From: Adineta vaga
Taxonomy: Eukaryota > Animalia > Rotifera
Direction: 5' to 3'
Length of the DNA: 64,000 nucleotides
NCBI GenBank assembly: GCA_021613535.1
Contig: CP075492.1
Coordinates: forward strand, 13,578,001-13,642,000
Below the pieces are notes generated by a model. That model searched no databases. It was not told the DNA's origin and saw only the letters and a list, made by a program, of their open reading frames with translations. Made by a program: the position numbers and the translations under genes. Below are positions 62,001 to 64,000 of the stretch, one piece after another. Position 1 is the first letter of the stretch; each line of letters begins with the position of its first letter.

Positions 62001-62310
62001 ATTATTCTGGGATGATGGAGACTCTATTGATACTTATGAACGATCAGTTTATAATTATTTCATTTTTAATTATATATCACAACGTTTAACAATTCAACCA
62101 TGGGTATATAAATATCCGCAGATGAATAACGAAACAAAACTAGATGATATCAAAATATATGGTATGGCTACTCAACCCATAAACATTTTATGGAATGGAC
62201 AAGAATTAAATTTGAACACTCAATGGACATATGATGCAACGAAAAATATATTACATATGACAAAACTCGCATTGACTCTATCAAAGACGCATAAATTCGT
62301 TTTTCTGTAA
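59061..62310 (+). CDS. GH31 alpha-glucosidase (lysosomal GAA / maltase-glucoamylase-like) with two trefoil-like domains
   Basis: YG|FGE, NLYGVHPFY, PPYWALGFQL, WIDMN|EP (nucleophile, split by an intron), HWLGDN, GADICG and PFFRNHN motifs; 4 introns. Confidence 0.95.
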
Positions 62311-62427
62311 ACAATATTCAAAGTAAAAGAATGAGAACATGACGTCATATTTTAACTCATAGTTGAGAGGAAGAGAACAAAATGTTAAGATTTTTGAGAG
62401 AGAAACTCGTCTATGAGTAAATGTTTC

Positions 62428-62501
62428 GACAGTATGGCCGAGTGGACTATGGCGGCAGTCTTAGGAACTGTTCTTCGTGGGTTCGAATCCCACTATTGTC
62501 A
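62428..62501 (+). tRNA. tRNA-Leu(TAG) with short (5-nt) variable region
   Basis: Acceptor GACAGTA/TATTGTC, D arm GCC..GGC, anticodon arm GCAGT-CTTAGGA-ACTGT, T arm GTGGG-TTCGAAT-CCCAC, A73, and a T6 Pol III terminator at 62507-62512. Confidence 0.85.
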
Positions 62502-62737
62502 ATTACTTTTTTCGCAATACTTTTCTTCTTTATTCATAAGCAAAAGAACTCATGAAACGAGAGAGAAAAGAGGAAGTTATGACACAATATTAGTATTGAT
62601 AAATCTTGAAGTATGTTTTATTTTATACGATAAAGATCGTGAATAGCATGTATAGTTGTAGTTCATTTCTTAAATGGTACTGTATTGAATGTTGAAATCA
62701 ACATTTTTCATATGATTTACCATCAATATGACTAATT

Positions 62738-63541
62738 TCACGGAGAAATAGAATGAGAAAATCTATGAAAAGAAAACATGATATTTATAGTGACAAGCAA
62801 TAATAGAATACTCACAGTCAACATAGAATAGACGAATGCATTGCCAATAATCGCGACATACCAATGAAAAAGATAACTTCGATAAGGTAAAGAATAGATT
62901 TTGATCACAAGTACTATAACATGTATAATTACACCAATGAAATGAAGGATTGTAATCAATCGACACTATGAAATCAATGTCGAATTTATATTTAAAAATA
63001 ACGAAACGAATAAAACAACTTACAATTAAAATACCGATCCGATTATATTTGATAACAAACATTAGATAAACAGATAGATAGATTAGAATAAGAGAGACTA
63101 AATTTATTGAATATGTCGTAAAAATATTTCAATAACAATAAGAAGTGAACTAATACCTATGATAGTATTGAATGTGAATATATTGTATTGACGCATTTTG
63201 ATATTCTCATATAAATGAATGCTCAGGTAGACTAATACCAGAATCTAAAAGTAAATATTAGAATTGTATTGATACTCAGAATTAGTCAATAATAGAAAGT
63301 TTCGAAATGTATGATGGACGAGTTCTATAGTATATCTCATTGTGGATGTATTACATACCATTTTTAAAATGATTGTCATTAATAAGTTACGTCTTGTTTT
63401 ATATAATTCCACATCTAATTTGTATCTTGTTTTCATTGGTATTTGTACAACTGTTAAATAATCTTTTAGAATATTTTCTATTGAAACATATGGATCCGTG
63501 TTTATTGATTTTTTTAATCGATATTCTGTATTCATTTTCAC
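62738..63541 (-). pseudogene. Possible degraded membrane-protein gene
   Basis: Overlapping hydrophobic ORFs in different frames; family not recognised. Confidence 0.25.
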
Positions 63542-63781
63542 TTACAAATTAATCAAATGTACACAAAAATAAATCATATCGAATGAAACGATATTTATAC
63601 AATAAAAGAAAGGTTACAAAAGAACATTTCGAATTCCCATGCAGTTTCAAATGTTATTTGCATCATGGCATTTATTATTTGATTTCTTTCACTTCCTTTA
63701 ATTATTATATGGTAAAATCCTTTTTATTTTAGTCATGTTTATTCACATCATAAAAATGCATAGGAAAGTGTATGAAAGATA

Positions 63782-64000
63782 CTATAGATGTTTGATTTTT
63801 TCATTGATAATCGTTTCGCTTAATTCCCATAATTCCTCTGCTTTTTTCGAATTATAAGCTGTAGAACTTGGTTGAGTTGCTCGACAATCTGCGTGATACT
63901 TTCCTGGTTGAGCTTTGTCAGACAGAGCACAATATAAAGTTGTCATTGCTCCTTGAGGAATTGTTTTAGAAATGATTACCAAAGGATACAATAGAATTGA
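63782..64000 (-). CDS. Short-chain dehydrogenase/reductase (retinol dehydrogenase/WWOX-like), 3' end only
   Basis: KTIPQGA.TTLYCA..GKY.ADC..PS..A...KAEELWELSE motif; runs off the window. Confidence 0.85.
   Translation of the reverse strand, partial: SILLYPLVIISKTIPQGAMTTLYCALSDKAQPGKYHADCRATQPSSTAYNSKKAEELWELSETIINEKIKHL

Noticed and set aside
62413-62646. 77-aa ORF
   Set aside because: Overlaps the tRNA gene and has no protein features
1-64000. Prokaryotic or contaminant origin; CRISPR array or bacterial defence system
   Set aside because: Spliceosomal introns, GPCRs, F-box and eIF4A are interleaved with the foreign-looking genes, and no repeat-spacer array was seen

Overview
AT-rich (roughly 30% GC by eye), gene-dense eukaryotic DNA with many short (~50-70 nt) GT-AG introns. 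The gene repertoire (TPR-fused and stand-alone ADP-ribosyltransferases, lineage-type GPCRs and F-box genes, a LURP-one-like secreted protein, and many bacterial- or fungal-like enzymes) points to a bdelloid rotifer, in an HGT-rich and partly decaying region; the taxon is an inference. There are about 33 genes or pseudogenes and one tRNA. The main finding is an adjacent, same-strand pair of degraded genes (44.0-45.7 kb) whose translations match cyanobacterial mycosporine-like amino acid (UV-sunscreen) enzymes MysD and MysC as I recall them. A 90-bp spacer between the two looks like a trans-spliced operon junction. The pair lies about 4 kb beyond a run of foreign-looking enzymes (BAHD acyltransferase, TauD dioxygenase, GDSL esterase, Bacteroidetes-type ATP-grasp ligase). 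Other notable items: a duplicated secreted MRH (mannose-6-phosphate receptor)-LRR fusion in which one copy has lost the sugar-binding Arg; a VAP/MSP-RING fusion; an ART with a Cys-rich tail anchor; and a tRNA-Leu(TAG) without the long variable arm. All family calls come from recalled motifs and no database search was run.
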